From NCBI RefSeq assembly GCF_963921235.1, contig NC_086097.1, positions 81,036,001-81,100,000 on the forward strand: a stretch of 64,000 nt of DNA, written 5' to 3'. The number at the start of each line of letters is the position of its first letter. Position 1 is the stretch's first letter. This DNA comes from Mobula hypostoma (lineage: Eukaryota). The notes beneath the pieces were generated by a model, which saw only the letters and a list, made by a program, of their open reading frames with translations, made no database searches and was not told the DNA's origin. Below, one piece after another: positions 11,149 through 23,647 of this stretch. The position numbers and the translations under genes were made by a program.

Positions 11149-13689
11149 ATCCAAAGCAAATACAGCTTAATCTTAAATTGGTAAAATTATCTTCAATTAT
11201 GCTGCAGGGAATGTCAATTGTAATACGTGATTAAGACAAATTACGTTGGTTAAAGTGAAGGGGCAGGAAAAAAAGTTGCAAAGAATACTAAGAAAAGTGT
11301 GTTTGATTTAGTTTTTATTGTTCTAGTTTATTGTTTCTTTCTACTTGCTAAATTGCTTTTTAATTATTTTGCATGTTTTCTACTGCTGGGTTTGACAGCC
11401 CCTGAGCCAGGCAAAGCTTATTCAAGTGAACAATGTGCTTTGCTGTTTGAAATTTCTTCCTGGTAGATCTAATGAAAGTATAAGAACACTATCACAGATA
11501 TTCCCTGCAAATGGACAATTCAGTGGATGGCACTGGAACTCTGAGCCACAGTGAAGAGCAACAGCAGTTAGAGTAAAAATGCACATTCAGCTACCGCGAA
11601 GCAACTGATGGTCAAGGTTGCAACAACCCAAAAGTGCCCCTGATCCATGAGTATTTAGTCTGCAAAATGTAAGCCTACATCTCCAGCATAGCCACACCTT
11701 TTAAATGCTGGAGCAAGAACAAAACCAAGTCATGACATTGATATATTTTTTAAAAATCCATTTGCTAATGGAATTCATCAATGGTATCATGGCCCTTGAT
11801 TCATGTTCCATGCCCTCTCTTGGTGCTGCACATTTACTTAGGACATGCAAGGTGAATTCTCTTGACTGGAGAGAATCCTGTAGATAAATGAGCTCAGTCA
11901 CCAAGAAGCACCATCAGCTACCGACCTAAGTGGAGAAGATCAAGCAACTCTGATTTAACCTTCTGAATATCCATCCAGGCACTGCACAGAGCGACGCCCA
12001 AGCTATAAGCATTCAGGTAGAGCACCAGGCAAAGTATGTAAATAGCAAAAAGTTTAAAATGCACTGAGAAGCTTAAAATAAAGAGGATCTAAAAATGCTG
12101 TTGAAATGGAACTGAAAGCAGCACAGAAATACTTGGCTTGAAAAACTGGCAGCAGGTTTGTGAAAGAATTCTGATCTTTAGGTAATCCTGTCACAGGTCT
12201 CACAAGGGCTGAGAAGGTCCTCTTCCACATGAGTGACCTCTGGTCATAACTGTGTGCCTGGGCTTTCATGTGTTTATATCTTTGACTCACAGAGGATCTG
12301 GAATGAAAATTGTGGATTTTGTGCCATGTGCTGTATGACCACAATTTTCCAATGCTTTTTATATTCCATTGAATTTGAATAACATAGCAAACAAATCCAA
12401 CTTGAAGGCGAACATGCCTGAGGATTTTATAATCTATGCAGCTTGCTGTTGTGAACGAACTAAAGGAGGGCTGCAATTATGGTCATCATAAATGAAGTCA
12501 CCAGAGCTAAGCGATGGTCTGTCAAGCAGTTCCTTTGGAGAAATGTAAAGCTGTCAAATGATAGTACCTTTGCTAGTAACAATCATTGGGATCATTGGTT
12601 CTGTATTAGTAAAATTAATAGACCATTTCAAGTTCTCATATGAATCATTTTATTGATGGCTCAATATACTGCCATTTTATTATTTCTTTAATAAACATTT
12701 ATTCTTCAAATGGGAGAGCATTGAGGCAATATACAAGGCAATAATTTGTTCTTTCACTATATTTTCTTGGGCTTTTCCAGAAATATTTTTATTTGTACTT
12801 GCATCTGGCTTAGAACTTGCCATTTTGGGACTGTGCTGTTGGCTTTTGCAATTATCCAATATTAAAGGCTAAACAGCTACCAATTCTTAAAAGCCATACA
12901 TTCACTGTAAAACACTTCAAAACATCCAAAAACTATGAAAGGAGGTACAGGAATAGCTCTTTAACATTTTGTTGTTCTATTTTGCCTGGAATGGAGATAC
13001 TGAAAAATGTTGAAAAGAGTAACTTGGCAGTTTAACAGCAATAAAGCAGATGAAGCAATGAGAAGTTAATACATGGAGCAGAATATTTCTTTTTTTCCAC
13101 AATACCATCCAAGGTTACATCAACAAAGGACTATTATAATGTTAACTCTTACCAAAAGGTTTTGATGAAAAAACCTGCAGCATTCCCTGGTGATTCAGGA
13201 TCAGTGTTCTAACTTCCAAGAAGTGCACATTCACCAAGAGTATCATTTACTTTGAGCTGCTCTGACTATAAATGCGCACCAGACCTTGCAAATTTGATCT
13301 TAAACTTCTTTTGTCTCAATTTCCTTCATCTTCATTCCCAATTTGTTAACTTTTTAACTTTCTGACGATGCTTGCAAGGTTCTGTGATTAAGGGAGTATT
13401 TAAATGAAACTATTTAAGTAATCTAGATATTTATCATTTTAATTTTCAGCTCTTTGGATTTTCAATTCTTTCATAAGATGGACGGCAATTTTAGCAGATC
13501 TGTGACATCTCCGGAAAGGCATGACCATGAAACACTCCAGCCTGTGAAGAAGGTACTTAAGTTCTTCCTCTTTCCACCAGCTCAATGTGGCTGTAGTAAA
13601 TGCAGCCTAATATTCAGGAACTGTCAGATTTCACCCCTTGGTATGAAGTTCAGGACCAGGAACACCAGAGCCCACGTGAGGGTTTCCAA

Positions 13690-14583
13690 CAGCTATGAAT
13701 TTGCTGATGATACAACCATTGTTAGCAGGATTTCAGATGGTGTTGAGAGGGCGTACAGGAGCAAGATATATCAGCTAGTTGAGTGGCGTTGCAGCAACAA
13801 CCTTACACTCAGTGTCAGTAAGACCAAAGAACTGATTGTGGAATTCAGAAAAGGTAGGGTGAGGGAACACACACCAGTCCTTATAGAGGGATCAGAAGTG
13901 GAAAGAGTGAGCAATTTCAAGTTCCTGGCTGTCAATGTCCCTTGAGAATCTAACCTGGGCCCAACGTAGCGATGCAGCTACAAAGAAGGCTCGGCAGTGG
14001 CCATACTTCAATAGACATTTGAGAAGATTTGGTATGTCACCAAAAACACTCAAACATTTCTACAAATGTACCATGGAGAGCATTCTAATTGGCTGTATCA
14101 CTGTGGAGGAGGGTGGGGGCAATTGCACAGGATCAAATTTAAATTGCAGAGAGTTGGAAACAGTCAATTCCATCCGGAGCACTTTCTCCGTAGTATCCAG
14201 GATATCTTCAAGGAGCGATGCCTCAAAAAGGCACCATCCAACACTAAGGGGGGTGGGGGGAATCCCCATCACCCAATCACCCAGGTCATGCCTTGTTCTC
14301 ATTGCTACCATCAGAAAGAGGTACAGAAGTGTGAAAGTCAACGATTCAGGAACAGCTTCTTCCCATCTGCAATCTGATTTATGAATGAACACTGAACCCA
14401 TGAACACTACCTTGTTAGTTTTTTTATTTCTATTTTAGCACTACTTATTTAATTTAACTAATATATATATTTACTGTAATTCAGCTTTTTTCTCTATTAT
14501 AATGTATTGCATTGTACTGCTGCTACAGAGTTAACAAATTGCACACCATATGCCAGTGATATTAAACCTGATCCAGATTCTGA
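13690..14583 (+). mobile_element. Rex/Babar-like LINE 3' fragment
   Basis: YEFADDTTIVSRI...LVEW...NNLTLSVSKTKELIVEFRK...FKFL; RFRNSFFPSAI; ATTAAACCTGATCCAGATTCTGA tail. Confidence 0.85.
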
Positions 14584-15194
14584 GCCGCAAAAGACCTGAA
14601 CATCACTCTACTGTCATACCTTGCAAACTCAGATACCACTGACCGGTAATTTCCAATAATTTCTCTTTTTAGTGCTTAATTCTATATATCATTATATTAT
14701 GTTCCCAAAAATATTGTTCGAAAACATTAACAAATCTTATTTGCAAGCTAGAACACTGAACATTGTTGCAAAGCTATGACATACAAGTAAATAGGTGTCT
14801 TATCTTACAATCTCAGTCACACTTCAGGGCGAACGTGAATAACTGCAGGGCAGGGGATGAGGATGAAATTAAGCTAACTCTGCCCTAAGTGAAAAACTGC
14901 TCAGCAAATTTGTGTGCTTTGTGAACTAATGGCTTTTAAATTATTCCCTTTTCACTGCCATCACTCCCATGAATAGGCATACAGTGGGTTAATTGGTTGC
15001 TAGTAACCTGGGCCATGCAAATGCTGACAACCAGTGCAACATTTCTTGACCCTCATTTACCCATCTAATGAATAAAAATACAGTTATATTTATGCTCACT
15101 TTACTAAGTAACTACACATATTGAATGCCAGATAATAGCTTGCAGCAGTTGATGCTTTAAAACCTTCCTCTAAAATGTCTCTTTTTGATCTTTG

Positions 15195-16295
15195 ATACAT
15201 AAAACAGTAGTGCAGGAAAGGGCCCTCTGGCCTACCATGTCTGTACTATGATGTCAATTTAAACCAGTCCCATATGCTTGCACATCATCTATATTCCTCT
15301 ATTCCCAGTTTGTAAACACATCTTAAACAATACTATTTTTAGACAGGATAGTTCTTGATGATAGCATGATTCTGGTACCTCTCACTTTCTGGACAAAAAA
15401 AAATAACTTGCCTTACATAACTGTTTTAAATTTTTCCTTCTTAACCTATGCCCTACAGTATATGTCATTTCCACTTTGGGGAAACAAACTCTGTCCATCT
15501 ACCCTATCTATGCCTCTCATAATTTTATATACTTCTATCAGGGGACCTTTTCATCTCTGGCATTCCAGAGAATACTATCCAAGTTTGTCAAAACTCTCTT
15601 TATAGTTAATATTCTCCAATCCAGACAATATCCTGGTGAACTTTTTCTGCACTTTCTTCAAAGTTTCCACATGCCATCCTTAATGTGGTAACCAGAAATG
15701 AATACAAAACTTCAGATGTAGCTTAACTAAAGTCTTATACACCAGTAATACAATTTGCCAGTTTCTACTAAACACCCTGAACAATGAAGGCAAGCATGCT
15801 ATATCCCTTCTTTACCCTGTGTGCAACTTTCAGTAAGCTGTGGATTTGTACCCCAAGATCACCTCTAGGCAGCAATGCCCTGAAAATTGCTGCTATTTAC
15901 TGAATACATTTCTCTTGCATTTGACCTCTTAAAATACAACACCTTACACTTGCCTACACTAAACTCCACCCGCTATTTCTCTGCCCAAATTTACAATTTG
16001 TCATATTTCTCTGCTGTATCATCTGATGACCCTCCTTTACCAGTTCTGATGCCATCTATACCAATCAGACCATTTTTACATTTACATCCAGATAAGAGGT
16101 CCCACAACTGATCCCCAAGGAACATCATGGAACACAGACCACCCAGTTAGAAAAACATCTATCCACCACTACGCTGTTTTCTATGACAAAGTAAATTTTG
16201 TATCCAATTACCAACTCCCTGTGGCTCCCATGTGACAAAGATCCCAGACCAGCCTTCCATGAGGGACCTTGACAATGTGTCTTACTGAATTCCAG
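15195..16295 (-). mobile_element. Old degenerate CR1 LINE 3' fragment
   Basis: Colinear remnants of the CR1 3' end seen at 1441-2314 (e.g. CTATCTATGCCTCTCATAATTTTATATACTTCTATCA). Confidence 0.7.
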
Positions 16296-16464
16296 TGGCG
16301 CCATTGGTCTAGATGGGGAGGGATTTGTTAGGTGCAGGCAGCAGTGTTTCTTGAATCAATATACAAATAACCCAATTATGGATGAGGTAATTAGTTTTGG
16401 AGAATGAGCCTTCACATGTGATGGAAAATTCAGTGAAGGAGAATTTTGAGGACACTTAGACGAC

Positions 16465-18843
16465 AAGACCATAAAACATAGGAGCAGAATTAGCCATATG
16501 GCCCATCAAGTCTGCTCCACTATTCAATCATGGCTGATCCTTTTCTCCCCCCTCCTCGGTCCCACCCTCCGGCCTTCTCCCTGTAACCTTTGATATCATG
16601 GCCAATCATGAACCTATCAATCTCTGCCTTAAATACACCCAATGATCTGGCCTCCATAGGAGCCTGTGGTAACAAATTCCACAAAATCACCACCCTCTAG
16701 CTAAAGAAATTTTTCCTCATCTCTGTTTTAAATGGACACCTCTCTATACTAAGGCTGTGCTTACAATACCATGGGCTCTTAATTTGGTAAACAACCTCAT
16801 GTATGGAACTTTGTCAAAGGCCATCTGAAAGTCCAAATAAACAACATCCACTACACCCCCTTTATCTAGCCTACTTGTGATCTCCTCAAAGAATTCCAAA
16901 AGATTCATCAGGCAAGTTCTTCCCTTAAGGAAACCATGCTGACTTCATCCTATCTTGTTCTGTGTCACCAAGTTCTCCATAACCTCATCCTTAACGATCA
17001 ACTCCAACATCTTCCCAACCATTAATGTCAGGCTAACCGGTATATAATAAAGGAAATCTATAATTTCCTTTCCGCTGCCTTCATCCTTTCTTGAAGAGTA
17101 GAGTGACATTTGCAATTTTCCAGTCCTCTGGCACTGTGCCAGAGTCCAATAATTTTTGAAAGATCATTACTAATGCCTCCACAATCTAACCACTACATCT
17201 TTCAGAAACCTACGGTGCAGTTCATCTGGTCCAGGTGGCTTATTTACACTTCGGTCTTTCAGCTTTATGAGCACCTTCTCCCTTGTAATAGTAACTGCAC
17301 TCATCTCTTTTCCCTCACACCCTTGAACACCTGGCACACTGCTAGTGCCTTCCAGAGTGAATACCAATGTAAAATATTCATTTAGTTCATCTACCATCTC
17401 CTGTCCCCCGTTATTATTTTTCTAATGGTCCTATATCCATCTCTTTTATATACTTAAAAAAGCTTTTTCTATTCACATTGTTTTCATATTTTTTCTTTTC
17501 CCTCCTAATGATTATTTTAGTTGCTTTCTGTAGGTTTTTACAAGCTTCCCAATCCACTTTCTTCCCACTAATTTTTGCTTTGTTGTACACTCTCCTCTTT
17601 TGCTTTTACTTTGGCTTTGACTTACCTTGTCAGCCACGGTTGTACTATTTTGCCATTTGTATATTTCTTCATTTTTGGAATACATCTGTCCTGCGTCTTC
17701 CTCATTTTTCCCAGAAACTCGTGCCATTGCTGCTGTGCTGTCATCCCTGCCAGCATCTCCTTCCAATTTACTTTTGCCAACTCCTCTCTCATACCACTGT
17801 AATTTCCTTTACCGCACTGAAATACTGCTACGTTCTTATCAAATTTCAAGTTGAACTCAGTCATATTGTGATCACTGTCTCCTAAGGGTTCTCTTACCTT
17901 CAGTTCCTTAACTGCCCCCAGTTCATTAAATAACACCCAATCCAGTGCAGGTAATCACCTCGTAGGCTCAACGATAAACTGCTCTAAAAATCCATCTCGT
18001 ATGCATTCAACAAACTCACTCTCGAGATCCATTACCACCTGACTTTCCCAATTGACCTGAATGTTAAAACCCCCCTTTTTGACACGTCTTTTCTATTTCC
18101 TGTTGTAATCTGTGGTCCACATCCTAGCTACTGTCTGTTGGCCTATATATAACTGCCATCAAGGTCCTTTTACCCTTGCATTTTCTTAACTTAACATCTT
18201 CTGATCCTATGTCACATCTTTCTACTGATTTGATGCCATTCTTTACCAGCAGAGCCTCACTACTCCTCTACCTACTTTCCTATCCCTCTGATACAATGTG
18301 TCACTTTGGACATTCAGCTCCCAACTACAACCATCCTTCAGCTATGACTCAGTGATGGCCACAACATCATACCCAACAATCCGAAAAAGTGCAACAAGAT
18401 CAGCCACCTTATTTTTTATACTCCATGCACTGAGATATACCACTTTGTATTTGCTACCCTTTTTGATTCTGCATCCCTAATGCACTGATACTCACCCTGC
18501 TGGCTGCAATTTTGTCCTATCATCTGCCTGCCCTTCCTGATAGTCTATCTTTGCTTTTTTACCATCCATCCTATCCTGATTCCCTTCACTCTGGTTCCCA
18601 CCACCTTGCCAAATTAGTTTAAACCCTCCCTAACAGCTCTAATCAACCTATTGGTCCCCCTCAGGGTTCAGGAGCAAACTGTCACCTTTGTACTGGCCAC
18701 ACCTCCCCCAGAAGAGATCCCAGTGATTTACAAACCAGAAGCCCTGCCCCAGCTTCTCAGCTATGTATTTGTCTGCCAGATCATCCCATTTCTAACCTCA
18801 CTGATACATGGCACAGGCAGAAATCTAGAAGTTACTACCTGCT
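16465..18843 (-). mobile_element. CR1 LINE with internal deletions (EN and RT remnants, 3' UTR)
   Basis: EPLGDSDHNMTEF...NWKEML...QPWLTR and DELNEYFTLVFT...PGPDELH; CR1 3' UTR at 16465-16545. Confidence 0.85.
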
Positions 18844-19455
18844 GAGGGAAAAAGACTCCAGGAATCAATAATAATGCACTAAAATTTTTATTCAAGTGCT
18901 AACCATCAAAAAGAATGACACTTATCTTAAGCTGTGATGATTAAAAAAGATCAAGTTAGTGAACAACCAGAGAGGGCGAGTCAAACGCAAAAGAGAGCAC
19001 ACAGGAGGACAAAAGGGAGCAAACTTGAGCCTGAGCAACAAAGACTCAACCACCTTGGACATAAAATAAATTCCGTGATGAGATTTATGGGAAATATTCA
19101 AAACAAAACTGTTGTGCTCATACCAGAAAAAAAGAGATGCTTCTTTTTCCCTTAGCAGTGAAAGATAGTTTTGAAAATAAAATATAACTTAGAGGCCTAT
19201 AATCAGATAATTATGCTTTCCATCTGATTATTTCACAGGAAAAATTTAGACTTAAGATAATAAACCCAAACGTGTATTTAGTTGTAAATGAAATTGAAAA
19301 ACAAATGCAGATGCTGGAAATCCAATGTAAAAACTGAAAATACTGGAAATATTTAACAGATCAACCAGCTGGCTTCACAGCAAGCTGAGTCACACTCCAG
19401 GGATGTTCACTTTGTCCGACTCATCCATCCCGTCCTCCTGTCAACATCAAATCAA

Positions 19456-19643
19456 ACACAATAAAATCTGCAGATGCTGGAAATCCAAGCAACACACACA
19501 AAATGCTGAAGGAATTCAGCAGGCCAAGCAGCATCTATGGAAAAAGCACTGCTGAAGGGTCTCAGCCCAAAATGTCAAGTGTGATTTTTTCCAAAGATGC
19601 TGCCTGGCCTGCTGAGTTCCTCCAACATTTTGTGTGTGTGTGT
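19456..19643. mobile_element. Palindromic miniature Penelope-derived element with a hammerhead remnant in the loop
   Basis: Arms 19492-19545 and 19585-19640 are reverse complements. Spacer holds CTGCTGA-AGGGTCTCAGCCC-AAAA-TGTC. Imperfect TSD AACA(TC/CA)AAATCAA at 19443-19455 and 19644-19656. Confidence 0.82.
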
Positions 19644-21493
19644 AACACAAAATCAACTTTATTTCACCCTGTTTCTGGTCTGGCAAAAGACCCCTTGACT
19701 TGAAATGTTAACCGATTCTCTTTCTGTGCTGGGTGGCCTGCTGAGTATTTCCATCCTTATCTGTATTTATGTCTATTCAGTAGTGTTCAATCACTGAGCT
19801 TCCTATGCTTGAAGCAACCTGTATAATCATTAAAGAAATATCGAATGCGATGTCACTTAGACTCTCTTACATCTTTTACAGGTTTCATGATTGCTGATCA
19901 CTACACAAGTACAATATTATGAAGGAAATTGCAACAGGCACAAAGCTTTCAGCCCCTTTAATGAAATGTGATATCCTTTGTGGAAAGGGCTTGTATTGTT
20001 CATGGCTCACTGTGATCATACTTTCAGATAACGTTCATGCCAACATTTTCCATTCTTCTCGAAGTTTCATATGAAAAATCGCTTGTCTGGCCAAGATAAT
20101 ACCTTGCTGCATGCTTTATGATCCAATAGAATTTTATTTCATCATCCAATGGAATTTAGTTGAAGGATGACGATAGGGCTAACCTGTTTTTGAAAGTACT
20201 CTGGGTATTCTTGGAAACCGCTCAGTGAATGTGAAACTTAAGCACAAGCGCTGTTGAAAAAATTGCATTTAATTGCAGTGTTAAACAATAGAATATCAAT
20301 ATCTTTAAATGGTCTAAAGTAAAATGCTTTGCTTCTATAATTCAAACAATACAATTTAAAATTAGTTCCACATTCTAATCACTTGACTGGCCCATGTCTA
20401 TTTCTCAAATGTCTTTCCTCCACTCCTTAAATCTGCGTTCCCCCGATTTCCTGCTTCTTGCATAGCCTTGATTTCCTTCAACCTACCACAGGCAATTCAA
20501 TGACTTAGCCCATTACAAACATCAAGGAGCGAAGTCAAGGTATCTGAAATGGGTTGTGCCCCGCAGAGGTCAGTTTTTTTTTTAAAAACTCTTTTGCTTC
20601 CTCTGCTCTTCTTTTGAGCTCCTGCTGCCCAGTGTATCCCAAAACACCAGTGATCAGATTCGATGCTCAGCGGGACAGTGGGCGGCTTAGCATGTTGATG
20701 CTTTTACTCCTACACACTGTGATGATTGTGGGTTGGCAAATGACGGTGGGAACATGGTGGGAGAAGCAGAGAAAGATTAAGTTTAGGGAACAGATTCCCA
20801 TGAAAGCAAACTCTGATATTCTTAGTAAAGAAGCAGCAGCAGGCTGTTAGTGACTTGTTGCAACTTAGTACATATACCCCTAAACTATTATATAATTTTC
20901 TGCCGTTAAAATTATCTGAGCAAATTGTTGAAATTAATGTATCATTACGATCGTGTCAATTGCATGGGTTAACTATGATCAATTGACAGCCACCTACTAA
21001 AATAAATGCTATACAAACTGCGTAATGGGAACACAAAGGGCAGGTTAAAACCTAGCCCTGTTAAGCAGATAAACATCAGTACAGCAGCATATAAATTACA
21101 AACCCTCCTTACATGATTTTGAGTATTTTTCTGTTTTAAAATAATAAAAGTAATGGTTAGTTGGTAAAGACTTCAAATAGTGCTTTGGTCAATGAGGAAG
21201 GCCTGTAACACTAAACACAAGCTCTGGGAAGACTAAGGAAAGCATAAAGTATTGCAGATATTTTAGCGACTGGAAACAATTCATGAACTGGAATGAAAGG
21301 AAAGGATGAAACATGAGGTAAGTGAATGTGTACTTGAGAAATCCACAGGCTTGTTCACTTGATACCTTGAGACCCATGGAATTCTCCAATACTGTAACCC
21401 TGTATACAAATGCAATTAATGTGATGGTCATCACTGTACACACTGGGAATGAAAGTTATCACTTTATGCTTGATTTTACAAGGTTTGTACAGG

Positions 21494-21672
21494 AGAGTGG
21501 GGGGGTGGAGAGAGAGGGAGGTAGAGGGGGGAGGGGGTGGGAGGGAGAGAGAGCGGGGAGGGAGGGAGAGAGCGGGGGTGGAGAGAGAGAGGCGGGTAGA
21601 GGGGAGGGGGGTGGGAGGGAGAGAGAGAGCGGGGGTGGGAGGGAGGGAGCAGGAGAGAGAGTGGGCGTGAGA
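21494..21672. repeat. G/A-rich low-complexity tract
   Basis: GGGA/GAGA repeats; the overlapping ORFs are compositional artefacts. Confidence 0.92.
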
Positions 21673-22551
21673 GTGCAGAAATAGCAACACATTAATTCAG
21701 ATTGACAAGCAACAATATCTAATCCCTAACAACTTTGAAAATACTTCACCAAATGGAGAACAGGGAAAATCATGTCAACTTTCTAAAGTACTTGGTCTAT
21801 ATTAGCTTCCATTCTATACAAAAGGTTTCAACAAATGGAGGCAACTATTAGGTGATGTGAGTGCATTTATCACATCCATGATATGTTTAATATAAAGGAC
21901 GATGAGTAGACTTGAGAACAGGATAAACACAGGAGACTGGGCTGCAACCAACATCAGTATAAACAGTGACATCCACTACCCTGTGGAACACTCTTCAAAT
22001 CTATAACAACATTCATCAGTATGCTTCTGGCTGAGCTCTGGTCCAATAATAGGAAAAGCAACTGCATCACATTTTTTGCACAAGTGCATTCCGATATTTT
22101 ATCATTATTTACTTCCATTTTACCTTGCCTTCTTCCCCACTGTGCTGTGCCTTTGTAATTGGCTACAAGTGACTGTGCGAAGTAGTTTCCAGTTCAAAGT
22201 TATCTAAGCTCAGTTTCAATTTGTTCTTGCAATTCCAGAGTCAATATTCATGGCAACATCCATTAGGAGGAAATTGCAAAGCTTGGACCTTCCAGACTCA
22301 GGCAGGCCACATCAGCCAATCCTCACAATTTATATTTCTAATCAATAGAACACTAGCAGAGGCTCAGAGTTTCGAAAGTTACTTAATTATCATAATGTGA
22401 AAGGCAAACCTAATAAATAAAAGTCTTTGAAGAGGGTTTATAAGTTATTCAAGTTCTAAAGTTGTAGGCAAAAGCCAAGACAAGCACTTTAGGCTTGGGT
22501 GTAATTTGCATTCCAAGTTCATCTAACGCAAGCTTTCTCCAGATAACAACT

Positions 22552-23647
22552 GAGAAGACCATCAGACGTGAGCAGAAATTAGCCAGTTTGCCTCTGGAGA
22601 CTGCTCCATCATTATATCATGACTGATTTATTATCCCTCTCAACACCATTCTTCTGCCTTCCCACAGTAATATTTGATGCCTGACGAATCAAGAAACTAC
22701 CAACCTCTGCTTTAAATATATTCAATGACTTTGCCTCCACAGGCATCCGTGGCAACGAATTCTACAGATTCACCCCCCCCTCGGGCTAAAGAAATTCTTT
22801 TTCATTCCTGGTCTAAATGGACATACATACCTCTATTCTGAGACTTTGCCCTCTGGTCCTAGACTCAAATTATAGGAATCATCCTCACCACATCAATTCT
22901 ATCTATGCCTTTCAATATCCGACAGGTTTCAATGAGATTCCTCATACCTTCTAAACTCCAGCAAGTACAGACACAGAGCCATCAACATCCGCAACCCTCC
23001 AATCCTCTGGAACCTCTCCCGTCCCCACTGATGATGCAAAGATCATCACCAGAGGCTCAACGATCTCCTCCCTCGTCTCCCACAGTAGCCTGGGGTACAT
23101 CTCATCTGGTCCTGGTGACTTATCCAACTTGATGCTTTCCAAAAGCTCCAGCACATCCTCTTTCTTAATATCTACATGCTCAAGCTTTTCAGTCTGCTGC
23201 AAGTCATCACTACAAGCACCAAGATCCTTTTCCATCGTGAATACTGAGGTAAAGTATTCATTAAATACCTCTGCTATTTCCTCCGGTCCCATACACACTT
23301 TTCCACTGTTCTAACATTGAACTTGCCTTCCTTAACACCAACTCAAGCTACAAGGTAACCTTTAAGGAATCCTTCACAATGACTCCCAAGTGCTTTTGCA
23401 CCTCTAATTTTTGAGTTTTCTCCCTGTTTGGAAAACAGTCTGCACCTTTATTCCTTCTGCCAAAGTGCATATCCATACATTACCCTGAACTATATTCCAT
23501 CTGTCACTTCTTTGCCCATTCTCCCAATCAGTCGAGGTCTTTCTTCAGACTTCCTGATTCCTCAACACTATCTACCCCTCCACCTGTTTTTGTATTCTCT
23601 GCACATTTGGTCATCAAAGCCATCAATTCCATCATCCAAATATTTGA
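22552..23647 (-). mobile_element. CR1 LINE fragments (3' part of the copy interrupted by the LTR retrotransposon, plus a second CR1 piece at about 22985-23310)
   Basis: CR1 3' UTR at 22552-22630; ORF 22951-23298 EVFNEYFTSVFT...KSPGPDEMYPRLL...[10 protein letters not shown]. Confidence 0.8.

Noticed and set aside
21322..21692. Four overlapping ORFs
   Set aside because: Same artefact from a purine-rich simple repeat.
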